From positions 1 to 36,650 of the forward strand of contig JBDREW010000024.1 in the NCBI GenBank assembly GCA_043819385.1: a stretch of 36,650 nt of DNA, read 5' to 3'. A program made the position numbers and the translations under genes. This document shows, piece by piece, positions 9,034-19,376 of the stretch. The DNA is from Candidatus Nealsonbacteria bacterium. Its GTDB lineage: Bacteria; Patescibacteriota; Minisyncoccia; Minisyncoccales; GWA2-38-27. Position 1 is the stretch's first letter; each line of letters starts with the position of its first letter. A model generated the notes under the pieces. That model did no database searches, was not told where the DNA came from, and saw only the letters and a list, made by a program, of their open reading frames with translations.

Positions 9034-10431
9034 TTATTTTTTAGTTATTATTGTTCCTTTGTCTGTATCTTTAATTTTATATCCTAATTTGATAATTTCT
9101 TTTCTTATATTATCTGATTTTTGCCAATTTTTTTCTTTACGAAATATTTCTCGTTTTTTAATAAGTTCCTTTATTTGTTTTGAAATTTCTAATTTTCCAA
9201 TTTTTTTAAAATCAATAATTCCAAAAATTTCATTTATTTTTCTTAAAAATTCTTTTATTTTTTTAGCTTGTTTTTTATTGATTAAGTTTTTATCAATTAG
9301 TTTATTAATTTTTCTAATAAAATTAAAAATAACTGCTAATGCTTTTGGAGTGTTAAAATCATCATCTAAATATAAATAAAAATCTTTTTCTGATTTTTGA
9401 ATTATATTTTCAAATTCTTTATTTGATTGATTTGATATTATAATAGCTTTTATTTTTCTTAAAAATTCTTCAATTTTTTCTAAACTATTTTTTGCATCTA
9501 TGATAGATTTTTCTGAGTAATCAATAGGGGAGTGCCATAAAGTTTTTAAAATTAAAAATCTTAAATATTTTGCAGGATATTTTTTGAGAAAGTCCTGAAT
9601 AGTTATAAAGTTGCCTAATGATTTAGACATTTTTTGTCCATTGATTGTTAAAAATCCAGTATGCATCCAAATATTTACCATTGGGGATTTTCCAGATATT
9701 GCTTCTATTTGGGCAATTTCAGCTTCATGATGAGGAAAGATTAAATCTCTTGACCCCCCATGTATATCATATTGATATCCAAATATCTTTTCAGTTATAG
9801 CAGTATCTTCAATATGCCAGCCAGGTCTTCCATCACCAAAAGGACTTTTCCATTTTGGGTCATCATCTTTATGAAATTTCCATAAACAAAAATCTCCTTT
9901 ATTTTTTTTATTTTTTGTTTCATCTATTCTTGAAACAGCATCTTGTGCCTGAGTGATTGTTCTTTTTGATAATTTCCCATAGTTTTTAAATTTACTAATA
10001 TCATAATAAATTCCATCTTCTATCTTATAAGCATATCCTTTATCTATTAGTTGTTTTATTTGTTGTATAATTTCTTTGATATAATCAGTTGCTTTGGCAT
10101 ATTTTGTCACGCTATCAATTTTTAATTCTTTCATATCTTTTAGATATTCTTTTTCAAAAAACTTTGCTAATTTTTCAGGACTTGTTTTTTGCTCTTTCGC
10201 TCTTTTAATTATTTTATCATCTATATTAGTAATATTTTGAAGATAAAAAACATCTAAGCCAATTTGTTTTAGATATTTAACAAAAGCATCAAAAGCAATG
10301 TATGTTCTGGCATGTCCGATGTGAGAATAGTCATATACAGTTGGACCGCAGACAAAAAGATTTATTCTTTTTGTCTTTAATGGCTTTAAGATTTCTTTCT
10401 TTTTAGTTTGAGTATTATATAGTTTAATCAT
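9034..10431 (-). CDS. cysS: Cysteine--tRNA ligase
   Basis: CGPTVY..HIGH, DF.LWK, GRPGWHIE, FPHHE and KMSKS motifs. Confidence 0.98.
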   Translation of the reverse strand: MIKLYNTQTKKKEILKPLKTKRINLFVCGPTVYDYSHIGHARTYIAFDAFVKYLKQIGLDVFYLQNITNIDDKIIKRAKEQKTSPEKLAKFFEKEYLKDMKELKIDSVTKYAKATDYIKEIIQQIKQLIDKGYAYKIEDGIYYDISKFKNYGKLSKRTITQAQDAVSRIDETKNKKNKGDFCLWKFHKDDDPKWKSPFGDGRPGWHIEDTAITEKIFGYQYDIHGGSRDLIFPHHEAEIAQIEAISGKSPMVNIWMHTGFLTINGQKMSKSLGNFITIQDFLKKYPAKYLRFLILKTLWHSPIDYSEKSIIDAKNSLEKIEEFLRKIKAIIISNQSNKEFENIIQKSEKDFYLYLDDDFNTPKALAVIFNFIRKINKLIDKNLINKKQAKKIKEFLRKINEIFGIIDFKKIGKLEISKQIKELIKKREIFRKEKNWQKSDNIRKEIIKLGYKIKDTDKGTIITKK

Positions 10432-10632
10432 TATTTAATTGTAGCATTAAAAGATTTCTTTTCAAATATTCAAAATTATGATAATCTTAAAGAGTTGGTA
10501 TTATTAAAATTAAAAGCGAAAAGCTAAAAGCGAAAAACCACAATTTAAAATTTAAAGAACTAAAAAAACTAAAAACAATTCAATTTTATTAGTATTATTG
10601 GTATGTTATTAGTATATTAGTATCGCTTTATT

Positions 10633-11250
10633 ATGAAAAAATCTGATATTTTAGCTCCTGTTATAATTGGTTTTGTAATTGCTGTAATATTTTTAGGAGT
10701 TTTAAAATTTTCTCCAGAATATCTTCCAGAACTTCCTGATACAATCACAAAATCAGCAGTATATTTGTTAATAATCTTTCCTGTTCTTTCAGTTCTTGGA
10801 GTTTTCATCGCTCAATTTTTAAGTAGAAAGTTTGAAGCTTTATTTCAATTAGCTAAATTTATATTAGTTGGCGCTTTAAATACTTTTGTTGATTTAGGAA
10901 TAATGATTATTTTATTAACTATCTTTGGTATTTCAGCTGGAATATTGTATTCAACTACTAAAGCATTTTCATTTGTTTGTTCAGTGATTAATTCTTACTT
11001 TTGGAATAAGTTTTGGACATTTGGTCAAAAAGAAACTGGAGTTGAAGCAAAGGAATTTGGTAAATTTTTCTTAATAGCTGGTACAGGGTTTTTAATTAAT
11101 GTTGGAATTGCTTCTCTTGTTGTTAATTTTATTGGCCCTCAGTTCGGATTATCAAAAGAAAAATGGGCATTAGCTGGTGCTTTCATAGCTATTATTTGTG
11201 TTTTTATGTGGAATTTCCTTGGATATAAATTTGTGGTATTTAAAAAGTGA
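10633..11250 (+). CDS. GtrA family membrane protein
   Basis: KFILVGALNTFVD, NSYFWNKFWTF and WNFLGYKFVVF GtrA patterns, plus two extra N-terminal TM helices. Confidence 0.88.
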   Translation: MKKSDILAPVIIGFVIAVIFLGVLKFSPEYLPELPDTITKSAVYLLIIFPVLSVLGVFIAQFLSRKFEALFQLAKFILVGALNTFVDLGIMIILLTIFGISAGILYSTTKAFSFVCSVINSYFWNKFWTFGQKETGVEAKEFGKFFLIAGTGFLINVGIASLVVNFIGPQFGLSKEKWALAGAFIAIICVFMWNFLGYKFVVFKK

Positions 11251-11401
11251 GACACAGATCTATACAGATTTTAGCAGATTAATACAGATATTATAATGAT
11301 AAATTTAGTTAAAAACATGGGTTAATACATATTTGAGTGGGTTAATATAGATATTATATTTATCCGCATAAATCAGTTTAAATCCGTGTAAATTAGTGTC
11401 C

Positions 11402-12517
11402 ATGAATTTGGTTTTATACAGAAAATACAGGCCACAAAGTTTTTCTGAACTTGTTGGTCAAGAACATGTTGTTCAAACAATTACAAATGCTTTGTCGTCT
11501 AATACTACTTCTCATGCTTATTTGTTTTCAGGTCCAAGAGGAAGTGGAAAAACAACAATGGCTCGACTTTTGGCGAAATCAGTTAATTGTCAAAACAGAA
11601 AAGAAAATCAGTTTGAGCCCTGTAATAAATGTTCTTCTTGTTTGGAAATTAAAGCTGGAAGATCTTTAGATTTTGTTGAAATTGATGCAGCTTCACATAG
11701 AGGGATTGATGAAATAAGAGAATTAAGAGAGGGGATTAAGTTTGCTCCAACAAAAGAAAAATACAAAATATTTATTTTAGATGAAGCACATCAATTAACA
11801 AAAGAAGCTGTTAATGCGCTTTTAAAAATATTAGAAGAGCCACCCTCTCATGCTATTTTTATTTTAGCTACAACTGAAATTTATAAGATGCTTCCAACAA
11901 TTATTTCAAGATGTCAGAGATTTGATTTCAGAAAATTAACTTTAGATGAAATAACTAAACGACTTCAATTTATATCAGAAAAAGAAAAAGTGAAAATTGA
12001 TAAATCTGCCTTACAGATGATTGCTTTGAATTCATCAGGGGCAATAAGGGATGCTGAAAGTTTGTTAGATCAAGTGTTTGCTTTTGGAAGTTCTTTAAAT
12101 CAAGGAGGAATAATTCAAGCAGAGGATATAAAAGAGTTGCTTGGAATTGCAGATACAAATTTGATTAGTCAGTTTGTTGATTTTTTAGTTGATAAAAATC
12201 CAAATCAAGCAATTAATTTTTTAAATGAAGCATTTGAAAAGGGGAATGACCCTCAAGAGTTTAGCAAATCATTAATAAATTATTTAAGACAAGCATTGTT
12301 AGCGAAAATAAATCCTGACCCAATGAATCCAGTAATTCTTGGTTTAACAAAAGAAGAACAGGAAAAATTAAAAATACAATCAGACAAATTTGAAAATTTA
12401 GAACTTCAAAAAATTATTAATATCTTTATGGACGCGGAAAATAAAATAAAATATTCTTCAATCCCTCAATTACCATTAGAATTAGCCATTGTTGACATAA
12501 CCCACAAAGAATTGTAA
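11402..12517 (+). CDS. dnaX: DNA polymerase III subunit gamma/tau (short form)
   Basis: LYRKYRPQSF, Walker A GPRGSGKT, Zn cysteines, DEAH and SRC motif. Confidence 0.98.
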   Translation: MNLVLYRKYRPQSFSELVGQEHVVQTITNALSSNTTSHAYLFSGPRGSGKTTMARLLAKSVNCQNRKENQFEPCNKCSSCLEIKAGRSLDFVEIDAASHRGIDEIRELREGIKFAPTKEKYKIFILDEAHQLTKEAVNALLKILEEPPSHAIFILATTEIYKMLPTIISRCQRFDFRKLTLDEITKRLQFISEKEKVKIDKSALQMIALNSSGAIRDAESLLDQVFAFGSSLNQGGIIQAEDIKELLGIADTNLISQFVDFLVDKNPNQAINFLNEAFEKGNDPQEFSKSLINYLRQALLAKINPDPMNPVILGLTKEEQEKLKIQSDKFENLELQKIINIFMDAENKIKYSSIPQLPLELAIVDITHKEL

Positions 12518-12530
12518 AACATAATTATTA

Positions 12531-12601
12531 TGCCGGGTCGTCTAATGGTAGGACACTAGGTTTTGGTCCTAGGTATTGGGGTTCGAATCCCTACCCGGCA
12601 G
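12531..12601 (+). tRNA. tRNA-Gln (anticodon TTG), CCA not encoded
   Basis: Acceptor stem TGCCGGG/CCCGGCA, D arm GTCTAATGGTAGGAC, anticodon arm CTAGG-TTTTGGT-CCTAG, T loop GTTCGAATC. Confidence 0.97.
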
Positions 12602-12613
12602 TAAATTTAAATT

Positions 12614-12636
12614 AAAATATCCTTTGAGGATATTTT
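12614..12636 (+). terminator. Terminator after tRNA-Gln
   Basis: AAAATATCCT-TTG-AGGATATTTT followed by a T tract. Confidence 0.7.
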
Positions 12637-12647
12637 TTATTTTACCC

Positions 12648-12742
12648 GAGACCCGACCTCCCCAAAACTTTTTTCTCTTTCCCTCCCCGAGGTCGGACCT
12701 CTAAAAAAACTTCCTCTCCCTCTCAAAGAGAGGTCCGACCTC
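12648..12742 (-). repeat. REP-like hairpin, family A: one full copy (12689-12742) plus a half copy, inverted; left border of the island
   Basis: GAGGTCGGACCTCT / AGAGGTCCGACCTC arms; lone GAGACCCGACCTC arm at 12648. Confidence 0.9.
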
Positions 12743-12773
12743 TTACTAGCTTATCTTTTTTTTAAAATCATAC

Positions 12774-12802
12774 TTGAAAAAATCTCAATTCTTTGATATA
12801 AT
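12774..12802 (+). promoter_or_regulatory. Promoter of the helicase-MTase operon (near-leaderless)
   Basis: TTGAAA-17bp-TATAAT with extended TG; ATG lies only 9 nt after the -10 box. Confidence 0.7.
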
Positions 12803-12811
12803 AATTAAATT

Positions 12812-15800
12812 ATGAATAAAGATTTAACTTTTATTACAAATGAAGAAGAAGAAAATCTTTTAGAAAGATTTAAAGTTATCGTAAAAGATGTAGAGTTTTT
12901 TGATGTGCTGGTTGGATATTTCTATTCAAGCGGATTTCACGCTCTTTATAAATCCCTAGAGAAAACAAAGAAAGTTAGAATTCTTATTGGAATTAATACG
13001 AATAAAGAAATATTAGATTCTGTTGAAGATGTTAAGGTTTCAAAACAACAAGAACTATTATCCTCTCATTCTGAAGTTAAAGAAGCAGTTTCAGAGATAG
13101 TCGTAGATGATGCCAACAATTCTGAAGAGAGCAAGGAGGTAGATGAGGGAGTGGATAAACTTAGAGAATGGATCAGAAGTGGAAAGATTGAAATAAAAGC
13201 TTATCCATCAAGAAGAATTCACGCTAAGCTTTACATAATGTCTTTCAGTAAAGAAAAGAAAGATATCGGAAGAGTTATAGTCGGATCAAGTAATTTTACT
13301 CAAGCAGGTCTAGTAGATAACTTAGAATTTAATGTAGAACTTAGAAATAAATCTGATTACGATTTTGCTTTAAACAAATTTAACAATCTTTGGAAAGATG
13401 CAGTTGATGTGAGTAAGGAATATATTGAAACCCTTGATAATAAAACTAGGTTTAGTAAGAATATTACACCACATGAACTTTATCTTAAGTTTTTATATGA
13501 ATACTTTAAAGATGATTTAAGACAATCTGAAAAACTAATTTGTCAAAACAGGCCAGCTGATTTTAAAAAATTAGAATATCAGGAACAAGCAGTTCTAAAT
13601 GCTAAAAAAATCCTAAATGAATATGGGGGTGTTTTTATCTCTGATGTTGTTGGTCTAGGCAAGACGTATATCTCGGCTATGCTTGCAAGCGAACTCGATG
13701 GGGGAACTTTAGTTATTGCCCCTCCTATGCTTTTGGATTCAAACAATCCGGGATCTTGGAGGAATGTTTTTTTTGATTTTAAAGTATCTGGAGCTGAATA
13801 TGAATCAAGGGGAAAGCTAGATCAGATTATAAAAAGAGGAACGGATAAGTATAAGAATATTTTTATTGATGAAGCTCACTCTTTTAGAACAGAAACTAAT
13901 ATAACCTATGAAAAGTTAGCTCGGATTTGTAGAGGCAAAAGAGTTATCTTGGTTACAGCTACACCATTAAATAATTCTCCAAAAGATATTTTGAGCCAGA
14001 TAAAGCTTTTTCAAAAAGAAAGAAAGAGTACAATTCCTGGTCGGCCAGATTTGAAATTGTTCTTTTCTAGATTAGAAAAGAATGTAAAGAATTTAGATAG
14101 AGCTCAAGATTATAAAAGATATATTGAAATTACTAAAGAGAACGCTAAAGAAATTCGAGAGAAAGTTCTTAAGCACTTAATGGTTAGAAGAACTAGGTCA
14201 GAAATCGAAAAGTATTTTGGGGATGATTTAAAGAAACAAGATTTAAAATTTCCTGAAGTTGAGAAACCTAAAGAAGTATTTTATGAGTTAGATGATAACG
14301 AAGATAATATATTCAATAAAACAATTAAGCTTATAGTCAAAAATTTTAAATATGCTCGTTATACTCCATTACTTCCAGTTTATTACAATGGAGACATCAC
14401 TCAACCCGAAGTATTATCTCAAAGGAACATGGGAAGATTTATGAAAATCCTTTTAGTTAAAAGATTGGAAAGTAGTTTCTATTCTTTTAGAAAAAGTATT
14501 GATAGGTTTATTGTTTCTTATCAAAATTTTTTAGATGAGCTTGAAAGGGGAAATGTATATATTAGTAAGAAACATATAAATAAGATATTTGAATTTATAG
14601 AGAATGACGACGATAAAGCAATTCAAAGATTAATAGATCAAGAGAAGGCCGAAAAATATCCTAGTAAAGATTTTTCAAAAGAATTTAAAAAAGACTTAGA
14701 ATATGATTTAGAAATTTTAAAGGAAATAAAGAAGTTATGGAATGGTATTGAAAAGGATCCTAAGCTACTTAAGTTTATTGATATTCTTTCATCGGAGCCT
14801 GTTTTAAAAGAGAAGAAGAATAAGGTTATTCTTTTTACTGAATCAAAAGAAACAGCTGAATATTTAGCTAAAAATTTACAAGACAAATTTAAAGACGAAG
14901 TAATTTTATTCACTGGACAATCAGGAGCTTCGGTTCGTGAGAAAGTAATTGAAAATTTTGATGCTAAGGCAAGATTCCCTAAAGACGATTACAGAATACT
15001 TATAGCTACGGAAGTATTATCAGAGGGTGTTAACCTACATCGTTCTAATATAGTTATCAATTATGATATTCCTTGGAATCCTACTAGATTAATGCAAAGA
15101 GTGGGGCGTGTTAATAGGGTTGATACTAAGTTTGATAAAATCTATACCTTTAACTTTTTTCCAACTAAACAGGCCAATGATCAAATAAAACTTCAGGAAG
15201 CGGCAATGGCTAAAATAAATGCTTTCATAACGCTTCTAGGAGCCGATGCTAAACTTCTTATGGAAGGAGAAGCTATAGAGTCGCATGAATTATGGAATCG
15301 TTTAACTTCTAAAGATACAATAACTGGAGAAGATAACTCAGAAGAAAGTGATCTTAAATATTTACAGGCTATAAAAGAGATTAGAAAAAATAACCCAAAT
15401 TTATTTGATAGGATTATAAAATTGCCAAAGAAAGCACAAACAGCAAAAATGTATAAAGAGGATAGTAGCTCGCTTTTAACTTACTTTCGAAAAGGAAGCC
15501 TTCAGAAATTCTTTATAGCTGATAACAAAGGATCTCAAGAGTTGGACTTTAATTCTACAGCAAGATTATTAGAGGCTGACGTCGAAACAAAAAAGATTAA
15601 AAGAGGAAAGGATTTTTACGAGTTATTAGATATAAATAAAGAAGAGTTTAAATTTAGTACTATAGAGGATATGCCAGAAATGAAGAAAGCAAGAGGGAGA
15701 GATTCTTCTATGCAGGTATATAGAATATTAAAAGTAGTAGAAACAGATATAAGACAACTAACAGAGGAACAGAGAGATTATTATAAAAGAGTAATAAAAG

Positions 15801-16012
15801 AACTTAAAGAGGGGGGCTTACCAAAAGAAACAACAAAAAGAGTTCTTCAAGAATTAGACAAAATAAAGAATGAGCTTAATGCTTTAAAGGTTGTGGCAAT
15901 GTTAGAAAAGAATATCCCGGAAGAATTACTTAAAGAACATTTTGGTGGAAGTGCCGCCCGAACATCTGGTCCAAGGGAAGTTATCTTATCCGAATATCTA
16001 TTAAATAATTAA
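12812..16012 (+). CDS. PLD-nuclease (BfiI/NgoFVII-like) fused to a SNF2-type SF2 helicase; restriction/defence subunit
   Basis: HAKLYI..GSSNFT..NLEFN PLD motifs; DVVGLGKT, DEAH, TATP, SEGVNL and QRVGRVNR helicase motifs. Confidence 0.9.
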   Translation: MNKDLTFITNEEEENLLERFKVIVKDVEFFDVLVGYFYSSGFHALYKSLEKTKKVRILIGINTNKEILDSVEDVKVSKQQELLSSHSEVKEAVSEIVVDDANNSEESKEVDEGVDKLREWIRSGKIEIKAYPSRRIHAKLYIMSFSKEKKDIGRVIVGSSNFTQAGLVDNLEFNVELRNKSDYDFALNKFNNLWKDAVDVSKEYIETLDNKTRFSKNITPHELYLKFLYEYFKDDLRQSEKLICQNRPADFKKLEYQEQAVLNAKKILNEYGGVFISDVVGLGKTYISAMLASELDGGTLVIAPPMLLDSNNPGSWRNVFFDFKVSGAEYESRGKLDQIIKRGTDKYKNIFIDEAHSFRTETNITYEKLARICRGKRVILVTATPLNNSPKDILSQIKLFQKERKSTIPGRPDLKLFFSRLEKNVKNLDRAQDYKRYIEITKENAKEIREKVLKHLMVRRTRSEIEKYFGDDLKKQDLKFPEVEKPKEVFYELDDNEDNIFNKTIKLIVKNFKYARYTPLLPVYYNGDITQPEVLSQRNMGRFMKILLVKRLESSFYSFRKSIDRFIVSYQNFLDELERGNVYISKKHINKIFEFIENDDDKAIQRLIDQEKAEKYPSKDFSKEFKKDLEYDLEILKEIKKLWNGIEKDPKLLKFIDILSSEPVLKEKKNKVILFTESKETAEYLAKNLQDKFKDEVILFTGQSGASVREKVIENFDAKARFPKDDYRILIATEVLSEGVNLHRSNIVINYDIPWNPTRLMQRVGRVNRVDTKFDKIYTFNFFPTKQANDQIKLQEAAMAKINAFITLLGADAKLLMEGEAIESHELWNRLTSKDTITGEDNSEESDLKYLQAIKEIRKNNPNLFDRIIKLPKKAQTAKMYKEDSSSLLTYFRKGSLQKFFIADNKGSQELDFNSTARLLEADVETKKIKRGKDFYELLDINKEEFKFSTIEDMPEMKKARGRDSSMQVYRILKVVETDIRQLTEEQRDYYKRVIKELKEGGLPKETTKRVLQELDKIKNELNALKVVAMLEKNIPEELLKEHFGGSAARTSGPREVILSEYLLNN

Positions 16013-16013
16013 T

Positions 16014-19000
16014 ATGGATAAAATAAATAACGAGAATTCAGCAATAAATATTATTAAAAAAACTTTCCAAGGTTCTTTTGATAAGGATTCTTTTATTTAT
16101 TTTATTAAAAATCTACTTAACCATATTGATGAATCCTCTTTTATTTATAAGGGAAATCTTATTCCAGATGCCTATAAATCATATATTCAAAGCCTTGAAC
16201 GAATTGGTAAATATGAAGACATTAAAGACGACAAATCGATTGATATATTAGTAGTTCATCTTAAAAAAAATACTTCTCTTGAAAGGGCTCGAACAATGCA
16301 AAGAAACTTTATTGGCTGGTATCTTAACGGTAGCAGGGGGGGTGTATTAAAAGATGCTGCCTTGGTTGCTTTTGTTTCTCCCGATTCTAAAGATTGGAGA
16401 TTTTCCCTTGTTAAAATGGATTATCAAATAGATAATTCTAAAAAGAAAATTAATGTTAAACAAGAATTTACTCCTGCTCGAAGATTCTCTTTTCTAGTTG
16501 GTGAAAATGAAAGCTGTCATACTGCTCAAAGTAGCTTGGTTCCTATTCTGGTAAACGATAAAGAAAACCCTACGCTGGAACAATTACAAAAGGCCTTTAA
16601 TATTGAAAGAGTTACTAAGGAATTCTTCGGAAAATATAGAGATCTTTTCCTTGAACTTAAAGAATCTTTAGATGGTATTGTTTCAAAAGATGAAAAAATT
16701 AAAAAAGATTTTAAAGAAAAGAATGTTGATACTGCCGACTTCGCAAAAAAGCTTCTTGGTCAAATAGTATTTTTATATTTTCTGCAAAAGAAAGGATGGT
16801 TCGGCGTTGATCGTGATTCGGATTGGGGAACCGGACCGAAAAACTTTTTGAGATTGCTTTTTGAGAAAAAGATTATAGATTACAACAATTTCTTCAATGA
16901 TATTTTAGAGCCTTTATTTTATGAGGCATTAAGAAACGATCGTTCTCACGATGATCATTACTTTAGTTATTTTAAATGCAAGATTCCTTTTTTGAATGGA
17001 GGTCTATTTGACCCCATCAATAATTATGACTGGTCAAAAACAGATATTTTTTTATCTGATAAGATCTTTTCAAATAAAGAAAAAACAAAAGAGGGAGATG
17101 AGGGTAAGGGAATTCTAGATATTTTTGATAGGTATAACTTTACTGTTAAAGAAGACGAGCCATTGGAAAAAGAAGTAGCAGTTGATCCAGAAATGTTAGG
17201 AAAAGTTTTTGAATACCTTTTAGCAGTAAAGGATCGTAAATCAAAAGGAACTTATTATACTCCAAGAGAAATTGTTCACTATATGTGCCAACAGAGCTTA
17301 ATTAATTACCTATATACTGAATTAAAAGATAAAGTTAAAAAAGAAGATATAGAAACTCTTATTAAACATGGTGAATCAGTAGTAGAGCATGATAGTGCGG
17401 TAGAAAAAAAAGGCAAAGAATCTAAAAGGTATTCTTTCAAACTTTCAGAGGAGATTCGTAAAAATGCTAAATTTATTGACGAGAAGTTATCAACTATTCG
17501 AGTTTGTGATCCAGCTATTGGTTCGGGGGCCTTTCCCGTTGGAATGATGAGTGAAATTGTAAGAACAAGAAATGTATTAACAGGATATATTAAAGATAAA
17601 GAAGATCGTTCAATCTATGATTTTAAACGTCATGCGATTCAAGAATGTCTTTATGGAGTAGATATTGATTCCGGGGCAGTAGAAATAGCAAAACTTCGTT
17701 TATGGCTTTCATTAGTTGTAGATGAAGAAGATATTAAACAAATTAAACCATTGCCTAATTTAGATTACAAGATAGTCTGTGGTAATTCTTTAATAGGAAT
17801 TCAAAAAGAAATGGAAGGAGTAGAAAATATGTTTTACTCTCTTACGATTAAAAAATTAGAAAAAGAAAAACAGTTATATTTTAATGAAACAAATATCCAA
17901 AAGAAACAGGAGTATAAGGAGAGGATAGATGACTTGATAAAAGAAATTACAAATGGTCATAAAGAGTTTGATTTTGAAGTTTATTTTTCCGAAATTTTTC
18001 ACGAAAAGAAAGGCTTTGACGTGGTAATAGGAAATCCGCCTTATGTTAGACAAGAAGAGATTGATAATAAAGAATCATTAAGGCAAGCATATGATGTCTT
18101 TGATCCCGTTTCAGATCTTTATGCTTATTTTTATGAAAGAGGATTTCAATTATTACATGATCATGGAGTATTAACATTTATAACATCAAGCAAATTTTTA
18201 CGGGCTCAATATGGTTTTCTTTTAAGAAAATACTTACGAATAAATACAACGATTAAGAATATTGTTAATTTTGGGAGCCAGCACATGTTTGAAGCTATAA
18301 CTAATACTTTGATTTTTATAGCTACTAAAAAAAGCGAGGAGGGTAATAGCTTAAATTATTTGGATAATATTAATGAGATAGATAAAATTGAGTTTCCGCA
18401 AGACATCTTACAGGATAGGGAGTGGACAATTGAACGACCAGAAGTGATTTATCTTAAAAATAAAATTGAAGGGAAAGGAATACCATTAAAAGATTGGTCT
18501 ATAAGAATGAATCGTGGAATATTAACTGGCTATAATGAGGCCTTCGTTATAAATGAAAAGATCCGAGATAAAATTATTTCCAAAAATGCCTCAGCTATCG
18601 AGATAATAAAGCCTATTATTAGAGGTAGGGATATTAAAAGATATTATTTCCTTGAATCCGATTTGTATCTAATTAATGTTCATAATGGCTATAAAAAGAC
18701 GAAGGGCTCTATAGTAGATGCTGTAGATATTGAGAGCTATCCGGCGATTAAAGCTCACCTTGATCAGTATCGTAAAAAATTAGAAGCAAGACAAGATAAA
18801 GGGAAAACAATTTATAACTTGCGTGATTGTGCCTTTATTCAAGATTTTTCTAAAGAGAAAATTATATGGATTGAGCTTACGAATGAAAATAGATTTTCTT
18901 ACTCTGATAAAGAAGACTACCTATTAGCTGGAGCCTTTTTCATGGTTGGAGAATCATTAAAATATTTATTATCATTTTTGAATTCTAAACTATGCCATTT

Positions 19001-19280
19001 TTATTTTTCTTTAATTTGTAATAGTTCAGGGATGGCAACAATTCAGTGGAAAAAGTTTGCATTAGAAAAAATCCCTGTTATAAAAATTTCAAATGTGAAA
19101 CAGAAACCCTTTATTAAGTTTGTCGATAAAATTCTTAACATTACGAAAGACGATGATTATTTGCAAAATGAAATTAAGCAAAAGAAAGTCAAAGAATATG
19201 AACAAAAAATTGACCAATTAGTTTATAAACTTTATGGTTTAACTAAAGAAGAAATTAAAATTGTAGAGAATTCTAAATAA
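16014..19280 (+). CDS. Type IIG/Eco57I-like N6-adenine DNA methyltransferase with C-terminal target recognition domain
   Basis: FLNGGLF, GTYYTP, motif I DPAIGSGAF, motif IV GNPPY and TaqI-like C-terminus ending VYKLYGLT.EEI. Starts 1 nt after the helicase stop. Confidence 0.92.
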   Translation: MDKINNENSAINIIKKTFQGSFDKDSFIYFIKNLLNHIDESSFIYKGNLIPDAYKSYIQSLERIGKYEDIKDDKSIDILVVHLKKNTSLERARTMQRNFIGWYLNGSRGGVLKDAALVAFVSPDSKDWRFSLVKMDYQIDNSKKKINVKQEFTPARRFSFLVGENESCHTAQSSLVPILVNDKENPTLEQLQKAFNIERVTKEFFGKYRDLFLELKESLDGIVSKDEKIKKDFKEKNVDTADFAKKLLGQIVFLYFLQKKGWFGVDRDSDWGTGPKNFLRLLFEKKIIDYNNFFNDILEPLFYEALRNDRSHDDHYFSYFKCKIPFLNGGLFDPINNYDWSKTDIFLSDKIFSNKEKTKEGDEGKGILDIFDRYNFTVKEDEPLEKEVAVDPEMLGKVFEYLLAVKDRKSKGTYYTPREIVHYMCQQSLINYLYTELKDKVKKEDIETLIKHGESVVEHDSAVEKKGKESKRYSFKLSEEIRKNAKFIDEKLSTIRVCDPAIGSGAFPVGMMSEIVRTRNVLTGYIKDKEDRSIYDFKRHAIQECLYGVDIDSGAVEIAKLRLWLSLVVDEEDIKQIKPLPNLDYKIVCGNSLIGIQKEMEGVENMFYSLTIKKLEKEKQLYFNETNIQKKQEYKERIDDLIKEITNGHKEFDFEVYFSEIFHEKKGFDVVIGNPPYVRQEEIDNKESLRQAYDVFDPVSDLYAYFYERGFQLLHDHGVLTFITSSKFLRAQYGFLLRKYLRINTTIKNIVNFGSQHMFEAITNTLIFIATKKSEEGNSLNYLDNINEIDKIEFPQDILQDREWTIERPEVIYLKNKIEGKGIPLKDWSIRMNRGILTGYNEAFVINEKIRDKIISKNASAIEIIKPIIRGRDIKRYYFLESDLYLINVHNGYKKTKGSIVDAVDIESYPAIKAHLDQYRKKLEARQDKGKTIYNLRDCAFIQDFSKEKIIWIELTNENRFSYSDKEDYLLAGAFFMVGESLKYLLSFLNSKLCHFYFSLICNSSGMATIQWKKFALEKIPVIKISNVKQKPFIKFVDKILNITKDDDYLQNEIKQKKVKEYEQKIDQLVYKLYGLTKEEIKIVENSK

Positions 19281-19376
19281 AAAATAATTAAAAAGTAAAG
19301 TTAATTTTATTTTATATAATTAATATAATGAAAACAATAAATCTTCAAAGTAAATAAGTTAAAATAATTAAATTCT

